DNA of 20,000 bases. It comes from an uncultured virus (IMG/VR IMGVR_UViG_3300020148_000031). Taxonomy: Duplodnaviria > Heunggongvirae > Uroviricota > Caudoviricetes. This document shows, one piece after another, positions 8,272-17,800 of the stretch. Position 1 is the first letter of the stretch. Each line of letters begins with the position of its first letter. The notes beneath the pieces were generated by a model that saw only the letters and a program-made list of their open reading frames with translations, was not told where the DNA came from and did no database searches. A program made the position numbers and the translations under genes. The stretch lies in the IMG/VR virus record IMGVR_UViG_3300020148_000031; one strand, written 5' to 3'.

Positions 8272-8758
8272 TTGAAACAAACCACCTTTGGTTATTTAAT
8301 CTAGCAAAAAGAATCATTGAGAAACCCTCATTGTCTTGGTCTTTTACTTCTATCAGTCTTAACCCCTTATCAATTTGTTTGATGAGAGAAGAAGAATACA
8401 CTGTTTCTGAAACAGTGTCAATAGAAATGAAATCTTCCGAAAACTCATCGCTCGTAGGGATCCTTATTGAGTCTATTTTCTCGTAGAAATCATCAAAATC
8501 ATTCTTTCTTACAAGAGAATATTTTGAACCATTTAAAAGTACAGAATAATTCTTACTCGATAATACTGGTTGCGTAGTAATAAAATCTTGAGATGTTTTT
8601 ACCTTTATAGATGGGTAAAGTCTCGATTTTTGTGATTTTTCATAGAACGCTCGCGCTTCTTCTTTTGAAGAGAAATGGTTTTCTATAGAGTCAAAAGGAC
8701 ATTGTATTTTTGCATGACATTTATTAATCTCACCGGTCTCAAAATTTATATGAAACAT
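8264..8758 (-). CDS. HCCH N-terminal module protein 6; C-terminal domain homologous to that of 6109..6663
   Basis: RBS AAGGAG; MFHINFETGEINKCHAKIQCPFDSIENHFSSKEEARAFYE. Confidence 0.85.
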   Translation of the reverse strand: MFHINFETGEINKCHAKIQCPFDSIENHFSSKEEARAFYEKSQKSRLYPSIKVKTSQDFITTQPVLSSKNYSVLLNGSKYSLVRKNDFDDFYEKIDSIRIPTSDEFSEDFISIDTVSETVYSSSLIKQIDKGLRLIEVKDQDNEGFSMILFARLNNQRWFVSNE

Positions 8759-8791
8759 TCATTTCTCCTTTGTCTATATAAATTCGAAGAA

Positions 8792-11236
8792 TTATTCAAA
8801 ATTTACTTGAACAGGTATGCTAGAATTAGTCGTAGAATTATTACCGAGTTGACCATGAGAGTTAACACCCCAAGCATAGATTTTACCTTCGGAATCAAGA
8901 GCGAGGGAGTGATTATTTAACGCTGCTATTGCGGTTATTGTCTTGACAGCGAGTACCCCGCTAGTGCTAACTTGAACAGGTATGCTAGAACTAGTCGTAG
9001 AATTATTACCGAATTGACCACCAGCGTTATTACCCCAAGCATAGATTTTACCACCAGAATCAAGAGCGAAGGAATGATTAATTCCCGCTGCTATTGCGGT
9101 TATTGTCTTGCCAGCGAGTACGCCGCTAGTGTTAACTTGAATAGGTATTCTAGCCTCAGTTGTAGAATTATTACCGAGTCGACCGGAATTGTTAGAACCC
9201 CAAGCATAGACTTTACCGTCAGAATCAAGAGCGAGGGAATGACTACTTCCTGCGGAGATTGCGATTATTGTCTTTCCAGCGAGTACGCCGCTAGTGTAAA
9301 CTTGAACAGGTATGCTAGAATCAGTTGTAGAATTATTACCGAGTTTACCAGAAGTGTTATTACCCCAAGCGTAGACTTTACCGTTAGAATCAAGAGCGAG
9401 GGAATGAGTAAATCCCGCTGCTATTGTGGTTATTGTTTTACCAGCGAGTACGCCGCTAGTGTTAACTTGAACAGGTACGCTAGAATCAGTCGTAGAATTA
9501 TTACCGAGTTGACCATTACCGTTAAGACCCCAAGTATATACTTTACCGTCAGAATCAATGGCAAGAGAATGAACACCGCCCGCTGCTATTGCAGTTATTG
9601 TTTTGCCAGCGAGTACCCCGCTAGTGTCAACTTGAACAGGTATGTTAGAATTAGTTGTAGAATTATTACCGAGTTGACCAGAAGCGTTACTACCCCAAGC
9701 ATAGATTTTACCTTCGGAATCAAGAGCGAGAGAATGAGTATTTCCCGCTGCTATTGCGGTTATTGTCTTGCCAGCGAGTACCCCGCTAGTGTCAACTTGA
9801 ACAGGTATGCTAGAACTAGTCGTAGAATTATTACCGAGTTGACCAGTACCGTTAAAACCCCAAGCATAGACTTTACCTTCGGAATCAATGGCAAGAGAAT
9901 GATTACTTCCCGCTGCTACCGAAACAATATTTGTAATATCTGGAAGGTCATTCACGGTCTTTTCAATTACTGGTGAGTAACCGGAAGAATTGTAGGCCGA
10001 TACGCTTGCTTTAACTGTTGTTGCTGTTACTCCAGTCGGTCTGGAAATGTTTGTTGACATTACTGATGAACTAACAGTGGTTTCTTCTGTAAAGACAATA
10101 TTATTGCTAGAGTCGTACCCAGTGAGGGTTATTTTGTAGCCTTGGTGGTTAGAGTTGGATGTGTCAGTCCATGATATGTCGTAAGAGTGATTATTGTTAA
10201 GTATGTTTGGTGTTAGTTCTACATTGTCAACGGAATCAGGTATAAGGATGATCGGTTGAACGGGACTTTCTTTCTTATCGCTACTTCCAAATCGATTAAG
10301 TGCTTCTACTCGAGCTATCGCGTATTTAACATTAGAACCATTAGTGCTAGTTATAGTAGTTGAAAGGGTATCGCCAACAGTTTTACTAATAGAGCCAATA
10401 TAATTTGGGTCAGTGTTATTCATCTGAATCACAATAGTTCCAAGGCTCGTACCTCCACTTGAAGGGTCGGCAGAGTATTCGTCAACTGTTACTTGGTACC
10501 CAGTAATAGATGGGTCGTTAGGGTCTTCCCAGCTAATATCATAAACTAGGTTATCTTCACTATAAGAATAGGAAAGAGTTGCCTCAGGGGTAACCTGTGG
10601 AAGTAGAGCTCTCACTTGGTTAAGAGAGAAGTTAACAGAATTAAGAGGTATGTTTGTTTGCATGTTTTCGGTTGCAGTATCTTTGAACCACAATCGCAAC
10701 TCAACAGTTACATCAGTAACACTAGCAGGAGTAATCTCTAAATTATTAGCAGTTAAACCATCAGGAATAGGGTCATCAGTATAATTTGAGCTTGAAAATA
10801 GAATTGAAGAATCATTATCAATATTAGTCCAATCGCCATTATTAATACGATAGTCCACTTCTATTTCATTTGGAACGACTTCGTTCTGAATTTGAACAAT
10901 CATGTCGGCTAAAGCGTGTTCACCTTCAAGAGCCACTTGAACATCGTAAGTACCGATAACAGTATCTCCCGGAACTATTCTAAAATCACTAATGTCAGAA
11001 ATTTTTCCCGCTGTAGTGACTTTATCTTCAGAATCAAGAGAGCCTTTACTTCCGTCTTTTAGAGATACATCTTCCCAACCGTTGTTAATGACATTAAGGT
11101 CAAGGTTACCAGAGAATACTTCTCCGCTATCGGCTGTTGAAGAAACATTCCATAATGCAAAAGTTCCGGCGGCTGCGGCAGCAATGAGAAGTCCGGAAAC
11201 AATTGCTCCTGCGCTTTTTAAAGTATTCTTTTGCAT
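8792..11236 (-). CDS. Exported protein: SipW-class signal peptide, TasA/camelysin-like domain, two FN3-like domains and a 7-repeat RCC1 beta-propeller
   Basis: N-terminus AAAAAGTFALWN...SGNLDL and IVPGDT; two ISW..GY....(A/S)..N..G FN3-like segments; seven IAAGxxHSLALDSxGKVYAWGxNxxGQLG repeats. Confidence 0.85.
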   Translation of the reverse strand: MQKNTLKSAGAIVSGLLIAAAAAGTFALWNVSSTADSGEVFSGNLDLNVINNGWEDVSLKDGSKGSLDSEDKVTTAGKISDISDFRIVPGDTVIGTYDVQVALEGEHALADMIVQIQNEVVPNEIEVDYRINNGDWTNIDNDSSILFSSSNYTDDPIPDGLTANNLEITPASVTDVTVELRLWFKDTATENMQTNIPLNSVNFSLNQVRALLPQVTPEATLSYSYSEDNLVYDISWEDPNDPSITGYQVTVDEYSADPSSGGTSLGTIVIQMNNTDPNYIGSISKTVGDTLSTTITSTNGSNVKYAIARVEALNRFGSSDKKESPVQPIILIPDSVDNVELTPNILNNNHSYDISWTDTSNSNHQGYKITLTGYDSSNNIVFTEETTVSSSVMSTNISRPTGVTATTVKASVSAYNSSGYSPVIEKTVNDLPDITNIVSVAAGSNHSLAIDSEGKVYAWGFNGTGQLGNNSTTSSSIPVQVDTSGVLAGKTITAIAAGNTHSLALDSEGKIYAWGSNASGQLGNNSTTNSNIPVQVDTSGVLAGKTITAIAAGGVHSLAIDSDGKVYTWGLNGNGQLGNNSTTDSSVPVQVNTSGVLAGKTITTIAAGFTHSLALDSNGKVYAWGNNTSGKLGNNSTTDSSIPVQVYTSGVLAGKTIIAISAGSSHSLALDSDGKVYAWGSNNSGRLGNNSTTEARIPIQVNTSGVLAGKTITAIAAGINHSFALDSGGKIYAWGNNAGGQFGNNSTTSSSIPVQVSTSGVLAVKTITAIAALNNHSLALDSEGKIYAWGVNSHGQLGNNSTTNSSIPVQVNFE
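8806..9916 (-). repeat. Seven tandem 165-bp coding repeats (RCC1 blades)
   Basis: Units begin on the minus strand at 9916, 9751, 9586, 9421, 9256, 9091 and 8926 (last unit truncated). High nucleotide identity outside a few codons. Confidence 0.95.
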
Positions 11237-11344
11237 TTTAAAACCTCATGATTAAAACCTAATGATAGATGAATATTCTTAATATAATATCAGAAATTTA
11301 CGTGAGTTTTGTAAAAAAATACTTAGAAAGGAAGAGATATATCG

Positions 11345-12295
11345 ATGATATATAATATTATGAATAAACTCTATTCTTTACACTGCAAAAGATGTAAAAA
11401 AGAATTCCTATCTAAATACAAGAATAAGAAGTATTGTCATGATTATTATGAGACAAGTTGTTCAGAATGTTCTTCTCTTTTTAAGGCCAGATGTATTCAA
11501 GAAAGAAAATTTTGTTCCGATAGATGTAACAACATTTCAAAAAAGAGAAAATCGTCTTATTCCCCAAAAAGAGGCTCTATAAAAGAATGTAAATTGTGTC
11601 ATGAAGAATTTCTTTCCGAATTTAAAAAATCGTATTGCTCTAATCATATTTTCTTTTGCTCTTATTGTTCTTCTCCATTGAATATAAAACCATTAATAGC
11701 GAAGAAAAAACTAGAGAAAAACCTTCACCTTTTCTGTGATAACACCTGTCATAACTTTTATAAAACAGGAAAAAAGATGAATTCTGGTGATTTAAAATTA
11801 TTCAAAAATCAGAAACAATGGGCTTTAGACTTTGAAAGAGAAAACACCCGCAAACCTACAAAAAATGATTTTCAAAAATACTTTAATCTCCCCAAAAGTA
11901 CAATACCGCATAAAGACGCGCTTCCTTATATGTCTAATAATAGAGGGTCAAGGTTAGAAGAAATTGTATATGATTATGTTTCAATGATTTATGGTGGGTC
12001 TGTTTTGCGAAATCAGAAAATAATACCAAAAGATACGAGAGGAAATTTAGAAATAGATATTTTTATTCCCGCTTTAAAAATAGGGTTTGAAATACAAGAT
12101 TTTAAAACGCATTCTAAAGAAGATGATCAAGAAATTGGATCTTTTGGGAAATTTAAAAATGGACCGCAATATCATCAGAACAAGAAAGGCTTAGCTAGAA
12201 ATATTAATATAGATTTGTTTGAGATTTGGGAAGATGAAATAATAAACGCCACATTCAAAGAGAAAGTGGCGTCTATTATTAATAAAAATCTTTAA
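11345..12295 (+). CDS. Putative free-standing homing endonuclease: Cys-rich Zn-ribbon repeats plus a Vsr/DUF559-like PD-(D/E)xK nuclease domain
   Basis: Repeated CxxC...[FY]C units in the N-terminal half. C-terminal SRLEEIVY...LEIDIFIPALKIGFEIQD...H and IDLFEIWEDE. Convergent with nrdD. The start may be ATG 11360. Confidence 0.7.
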   Translation: MIYNIMNKLYSLHCKRCKKEFLSKYKNKKYCHDYYETSCSECSSLFKARCIQERKFCSDRCNNISKKRKSSYSPKRGSIKECKLCHEEFLSEFKKSYCSNHIFFCSYCSSPLNIKPLIAKKKLEKNLHLFCDNTCHNFYKTGKKMNSGDLKLFKNQKQWALDFERENTRKPTKNDFQKYFNLPKSTIPHKDALPYMSNNRGSRLEEIVYDYVSMIYGGSVLRNQKIIPKDTRGNLEIDIFIPALKIGFEIQDFKTHSKEDDQEIGSFGKFKNGPQYHQNKKGLARNINIDLFEIWEDEIINATFKEKVASIINKNL

Positions 12296-12298
12296 TTC

Positions 12299-14536
12299 TT
12301 ACATATGTTTTTCGCGAGAATCAATTTCTTTTTGACGACCTTTAACAGCAGGTCTTAAAGATAGATTACCGAGATACCCACATAGTCGCTTCACTACATC
12401 TATAGTCTCTGGATCATTATTGTGACACTGTGGACAGCGATAACCGTCAGCAGTTGATTCAAAGTCTCCACGGAAATCACACTTATAACATTTGTCAATA
12501 GGCAGATTGTTACCGTAATAACCTATACGATCATAAGCATAGTCCCAAATTGTCTCGAGAGCTTTTGGATTAAAAGTAAGATCAGGTAATTCATAATAGT
12601 GTATGAACCCAGCAGATGCATAAACAGGATAATCTTTCTCGAAATCAATCTTCTCGAAAGGCGTAGGTTTCTTTCGAACATCATAATGGAAACTGTTAGT
12701 ATAGTAATCCTTGTCAGTAATGTCAGGAATGCTACCGTATTTTTCCTTATCTAAACGACAGAATCTGTCAGTAAGACTTTCAGAAGGAGTACTATAAAGG
12801 CTATAGTGATAACCCTCTTTTTCTTCCCATTCAAGACCCTTAGCTTTCATTTTACGAAGAATATCTAAAGTAAACTCTTTAGCCTCAGGGTTTGTTTCCC
12901 AATCAGGACCATAGAATGCTGTTGCTACTTCATAAAGCCCAATGTAACCCATACTTACAGTCGCGCGGCCGTTTTTAAAGACCTCGTCAACAGAATCATT
13001 TTCTGAGAGTCTCTTACCAAAAACACCATTCATATAAAGTATTGGAGCATTGTTAGGAACAGCCTCTTTAGTTCTCGCTATTTTATAAGCAATAGCGTCA
13101 TGAAGAACTTCCATTCTCTCTTCGAAAATCTCCCAGAAGCTTTCTTTACTTCCATTTGCTTCGATTGCAATTCGTGGAAGATTAAGAGTAACAACTCCAA
13201 GGTTCATTCTTCCTTCTTCAACATTAAGTCCTGTTTCAGGATCTTTCCATGCATGGAGGAATGATCGGCAACCCATTGGAGTTTTGAATGAACCAGTGAG
13301 TTCAACAAGTTTGTCATAACTTAGAATATCTGGGTACATTCTCTTGAGGGCGCATTCAAGAGCTTTTTCCTTAATGTCATAATTAGGGTCAGTCTTCTCA
13401 AGGTTGACGCCTCGCTTGAGAGCGAAAATAAGTTTAGGGAAAATTGCAGTCTTCTTGTCTTTACCAAGCCCGTTAATTCTTACTTCTAGAATTGACTTTT
13501 GAATTTCCCTCTCGAACCAACTTTCTCCGAGTCCGAACCCTAATGACACAAATGGTGTCTGTCCATTTGCGCTGAAAATCGTGTTCAGCTCATATTCTAA
13601 AGATTGCATAGAGTCGTAAATATCTTTACGAGTTTTCCTCTGAGCGATCTCTTTAATCTTATCTTTTATATCTTTTTCAATTATTGTCATTTTTTCATCA
13701 AGTAACATATCTTCAATGGTGAGATTAAACTCTTCTTCAGAAAGTGTTTCTCCGCTTAATTCTAAATGAACTCGAAGAGTGTCAGCTAAATGTTTCTTGT
13801 AGTTTCTTTCAGCATATGGTTTAAGTAACTCGTCTATTCTGTTGACGCTTACTCCACCGTATTGACTTGATGAAACGTTTGCTATTACTTGAGCAATTTG
13901 AGCACTTGCTGTTTGAATGGATTTTGGATCTTCAATTTCAGCATTACCTAATTCGAACCCGTTTTCCCACATTTCATTGAAGTCAACGAGACAACAGTTA
14001 GTGTATGGAGCATATGGGTGATAATCAAGGTCGTGGTAGTGAAGTTCACCTTTAGAGTGAGCATTTGCTACGTGTTCTGGAAGCATTTTAAGACCGATTG
14101 CTTTTGCGGCAGATCCTGCTGTAAGATCCCGAATGGTTGAGAATACTCTAGAGTCTTTGTTAGCGTTTTCGTTAACAACAGTTTTGTCTTTTTTGGAAAG
14201 CTTTTCGATTGCTTTGTTTACATCGAGGCTTTCTTGCCGTTGAATATCTTTTTCTAGCCTATAATTCATGTAAGCTTTTGCTACTTCCTCTTGCCCGGTT
14301 TCGAGTAAGTAGTGTTCAACTACGTTTTGAATTTCGTATATTTTTACTGTTTCTGTAAAACGATCAGTAATTTCGTTATAGCACATGTTTGTAAGAGCTT
14401 TGATAAGATCATCCTCTTGAGTGGTAAGACCACCTTTGGCTTCTAGAAAAGCTTTTTCTATTGCTGAAGCCATTTGTTTTTTGTTGAAGCGCACTTTTCG
14501 TCCGTCACGTTTTATTACTTTAAGTGGAGCAGTCAT
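12299..14536 (-). CDS. nrdD: Anaerobic (class III) ribonucleoside-triphosphate reductase
   Basis: ATP cone (VIKRDGRKVRF), NENANKD, HYHDLD, TNCCL, QYGG, PMGCRSFL, GRMNLGVVTLNLPR, YYTNSFH, CxxC...CxxC and glycyl-radical RLCGYLG; RBS AAGGAGG. No intein or intron seen. Confidence 0.98.
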   Translation of the reverse strand: MTAPLKVIKRDGRKVRFNKKQMASAIEKAFLEAKGGLTTQEDDLIKALTNMCYNEITDRFTETVKIYEIQNVVEHYLLETGQEEVAKAYMNYRLEKDIQRQESLDVNKAIEKLSKKDKTVVNENANKDSRVFSTIRDLTAGSAAKAIGLKMLPEHVANAHSKGELHYHDLDYHPYAPYTNCCLVDFNEMWENGFELGNAEIEDPKSIQTASAQIAQVIANVSSSQYGGVSVNRIDELLKPYAERNYKKHLADTLRVHLELSGETLSEEEFNLTIEDMLLDEKMTIIEKDIKDKIKEIAQRKTRKDIYDSMQSLEYELNTIFSANGQTPFVSLGFGLGESWFEREIQKSILEVRINGLGKDKKTAIFPKLIFALKRGVNLEKTDPNYDIKEKALECALKRMYPDILSYDKLVELTGSFKTPMGCRSFLHAWKDPETGLNVEEGRMNLGVVTLNLPRIAIEANGSKESFWEIFEERMEVLHDAIAYKIARTKEAVPNNAPILYMNGVFGKRLSENDSVDEVFKNGRATVSMGYIGLYEVATAFYGPDWETNPEAKEFTLDILRKMKAKGLEWEEKEGYHYSLYSTPSESLTDRFCRLDKEKYGSIPDITDKDYYTNSFHYDVRKKPTPFEKIDFEKDYPVYASAGFIHYYELPDLTFNPKALETIWDYAYDRIGYYGNNLPIDKCYKCDFRGDFESTADGYRCPQCHNNDPETIDVVKRLCGYLGNLSLRPAVKGRQKEIDSREKHM

Positions 14537-14831
14537 CCGGGCCCCGCCTCCTTTAATTCTTCTGTATAAAATTTTAAAAAATTTGTCTTTTTTAGCACAA
14601 TGGTATAGTACTTTACTAACTAAAATTGAGGAATTTTTCTTTAATCTATGTTATCAATTCTAATCTTTTTTGTGCAGTAAAGTGACCTTAAAATGAATAT
14701 CGCAAGTAAGAACTCTTCTATTATTATCTGTAGTCTGCAGTATAAGACGGTCTTTTAGCTTTATATATGTCGCATTACTTTATACGAGTAATGATTTTAG
14801 ACTGCTTTTAGCCGCTGATGAGCGGTGTTTC

Positions 14832-17800
14832 TCATTGAACGTTTGAAGTTCCAGAACAAGTCATTGATTCCTGAGGAAGAAGAGTAGTCTTTGGGCAAGT
14901 AATGACAGTTCCAGCATCATCTGTTACAGAAATGTTATAAATGCTAATGAAAGAATTATTAAGAACCGTGTATGTCCACGTTGCACTATCGTTGTAATGG
15001 AGAACATTAGTAGAATTACGAGTTTTAGTAATCGTAAGTTCTGGATACGGGTTATTAATAGTTACTTTTAGAGTTTGTGAAGATGAAAGAGTTGCTTGAC
15101 TTTGTTCTCCAACTCCAGTAAGATTAAATGTAGTTTCATTGTAATCTCCAGCATAAAGAGTTCCAATATTTGCTGTACAAGTAACAGTATCACCAATATT
15201 AAGAGTCATTCCTGAAGTAAAAGGTGCCGAGTTAAAGGTACACACAAGGTTTTGTAGATTGTTTCCTTCTACAAGAGTGCTGTTGAAATTAATGTTTGAA
15301 ATATTTTCATTTCCAGAATTTGTAAAGTGAATACTTACTGGAACAACTTCCCCATTAATGTTAGGATCCAAAGTTACTATGTCTTGTTCTGTTGTTCCTT
15401 CTACTTGAGAAAGTAGGAATCCACTTGGTATCGAATAGAAACCAGCATTAACATATATTGTATTTCCATTAGTAACAGATATGTTTTGAGCAGTATTTTT
15501 TACTGTTGTGTAATTTCCAATTTGTGATACATCACTTAGAGAGTAATCATTGACAGCATCCACTGGTACATATTGAGTTCCAGAATCACCTGTTTCTGGA
15601 GTAGAGAACGAAACAGTATAATTGTTAGGAAGAACATTGTTAAAGGAATATTCTCCAAGAGAATTAGTTGTTGTTTGAGCAATTTGATTAGTATTCTGAT
15701 AAAGAGTTACTGTGATTCCTGATTCTAATTGACTTGTAGAACTAGAATATGAAGAATTATTAAAGTCATTTGTCCATACTTTACCAGTAATTGTTCCTCC
15801 AGATATTGCTGCTGAGATTTGTATACCTACTTCAGTACATAGAGGGTAAGAATCTAAATCTCCGTTAACAGTAATATTTTCAGAACATCCTACAACCTCA
15901 GAGTTAAAGATTCCGCTAGTTGAACTACTTGGAAGATACGGCACGCTTGTAGAGTTTCCACCGCTTATATAATCAGAAATTTGTGTATTTGTTGAATTAA
16001 CATAGACTTGATTAAAGATATCTTGAGAAACAAGAGTCTTAGAAATTGTTCCACTGATAATAAGGTTAGTTGATTCTCCAGCGGCGAGGTGAGGGATAGT
16101 ATATGTATTTCTGTTGTATCCGTTAGAGTTACTTTCAGTTGATGGAACTGCTAGAATTCTATTATTTGAATAATATTTTGCAAGAGCTGGTTGTACTCGA
16201 CTCATGTAATTCGTATTTTCTACACCAGTATTACTTGCTTGCGAACCCTTTGACCAAACAGTGTTATCTTTGAGTAAGTAATAAATTCCATTAAGAGTTA
16301 CTTTTACGTCTTTAACTGTTTTAGTCTCTAAACCGACAGTGGCTTTTGCTGTTGTTGTATTAGTAAGAGAGTTAGAATATGTATCATCAGCTCTATAACC
16401 CCAAGTATATGCCTTACCATTAGAGTCAATAGCAACAAATGAAGAATAGTTATATGCTGCAGAAACAGAATTTTCATCAAGGTTATCACTATAAAATTGT
16501 GAAACAGTTACATTTTCAAGACCAGGCTGAACTTGAGGAGTTGTAGTTACTCCAATTCTATAAAGACTTCCAGTAGAGGAAAGAGCATAAGAGTATTTAG
16601 CGTCCTCACTATACTCTCCCATATAAACATGAGTGATGTTAAAAAGCCCATTAATTTGTATTGGTTCGCTATTTGCTGATTCGGAACTTGTTCCATTGAC
16701 ATACCCAGTTCCTTCTCCCCAAGACCAAACATTTCCAGTAGACGTTAACGCATAAGCTCCGTTAACCCTAGGAGATATTTGTGTTACTATCACTCCATTA
16801 AGTTTAGAAAGATTATTTGCTATAGGATTATCTGTTGTTTCTTGGTCACCATTAACACCATTAGTTCCTATACCCCAAGCATATACTTTTCCAGAATTAG
16901 ATATTGCGAAAGCTCCAAGACTGTCAGTTTTTACTACTATGTCTTTGATTCCATCTACTGGTAATCCTTGTACTATTTCTGCTGAGTAGAGTATACCTGT
17001 ATTATTATTACCGTTTGCATAATTAGTTCCTGCTCCCCAAGAGTATACTTCTCCTGCTGTAGTAAGAACATAAGCTCCGTTGGCTCTTGGATAAACTTTT
17101 GACACTATTACATTAGAAAGCCCGCTTACGGGTGTTGCCACCGATGTACTTATTGAATATCCAGATACACCTGAAGTGTTAGAACCCCAAGAGTATACTT
17201 TACCGCTTTGTGTAAGAGCATAAATAGCGGTTGATGATGGGTAGATATCTGTTACAACTTCGCTTGAAAGTCCCTGTACAAGAGCTGGGCTATATGCAAT
17301 AGATGCTGCATTGTTATTACCTAGAGATCCAGAATTATTTGTACCCCAAGCATAAATCTTTCCATCCGAAGTGAGAGCATATACTGTGTTTCCGTTAGCA
17401 ATCACTTTAGTAGCAAAACCAGGAATATCTACTTTAGCAGCATATGGTTGATTAGCAAGAGTTGTATCACCGTTCCCTAATCGTCCACCTACACCAAGAC
17501 CCCAAGAATATACTTCACCGTCGCTGTTAATGGAGTAACCACCATTGCTGCTTACTCCATAAAAACCCGTTACGTCATTAAGCTTTGACATTTGAGAGGG
17601 AAACAAGTTAAGAGCAGTTGTTGCATTAGTAATTTTAAAAATTTCTCCAGTTGACGAACTATAAGCCATTCCCGACTCTGAAACATCAGTAATAACATGA
17701 CCAGTAAGTCCGCTCATAAGGGTTGGAGTCAAATTAATAATTGAGGTCCCATTAGAAAGAGTCACTTTACCTAAAGTATATACCTCTCCGCTAGATGTGA

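Noticed and set aside
8806..9916. CRISPR array
   Set aside because: The units are in-frame 165-bp coding repeats without unique spacers; no cas genes.
8972..9976. 334-aa + strand ORF with CYCGYC repeats (and 8675..8920)
   Set aside because: Antisense shadow of the RCC1 array; one stop-free unit repeated gives a long ORF by itself.
12299..14536. Intein or group I intron in nrdD
   Set aside because: The frame is continuous, the length is typical, and there are no splicing motifs.
14537..14831. Cobalamin riboswitch or NrdR boxes in the 295-bp region upstream of nrdD
   Set aside because: Only short hairpins and a poor partial match (ACTATACCATTGTG); no riboswitch core motifs recognised. An Rfam scan would settle it.
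10992..16964. Short ORFs 10992..11255, 14421..14663, 16547..16732 and 16779..16964
   Set aside because: They overlap long, motif-bearing genes in another frame or strand.
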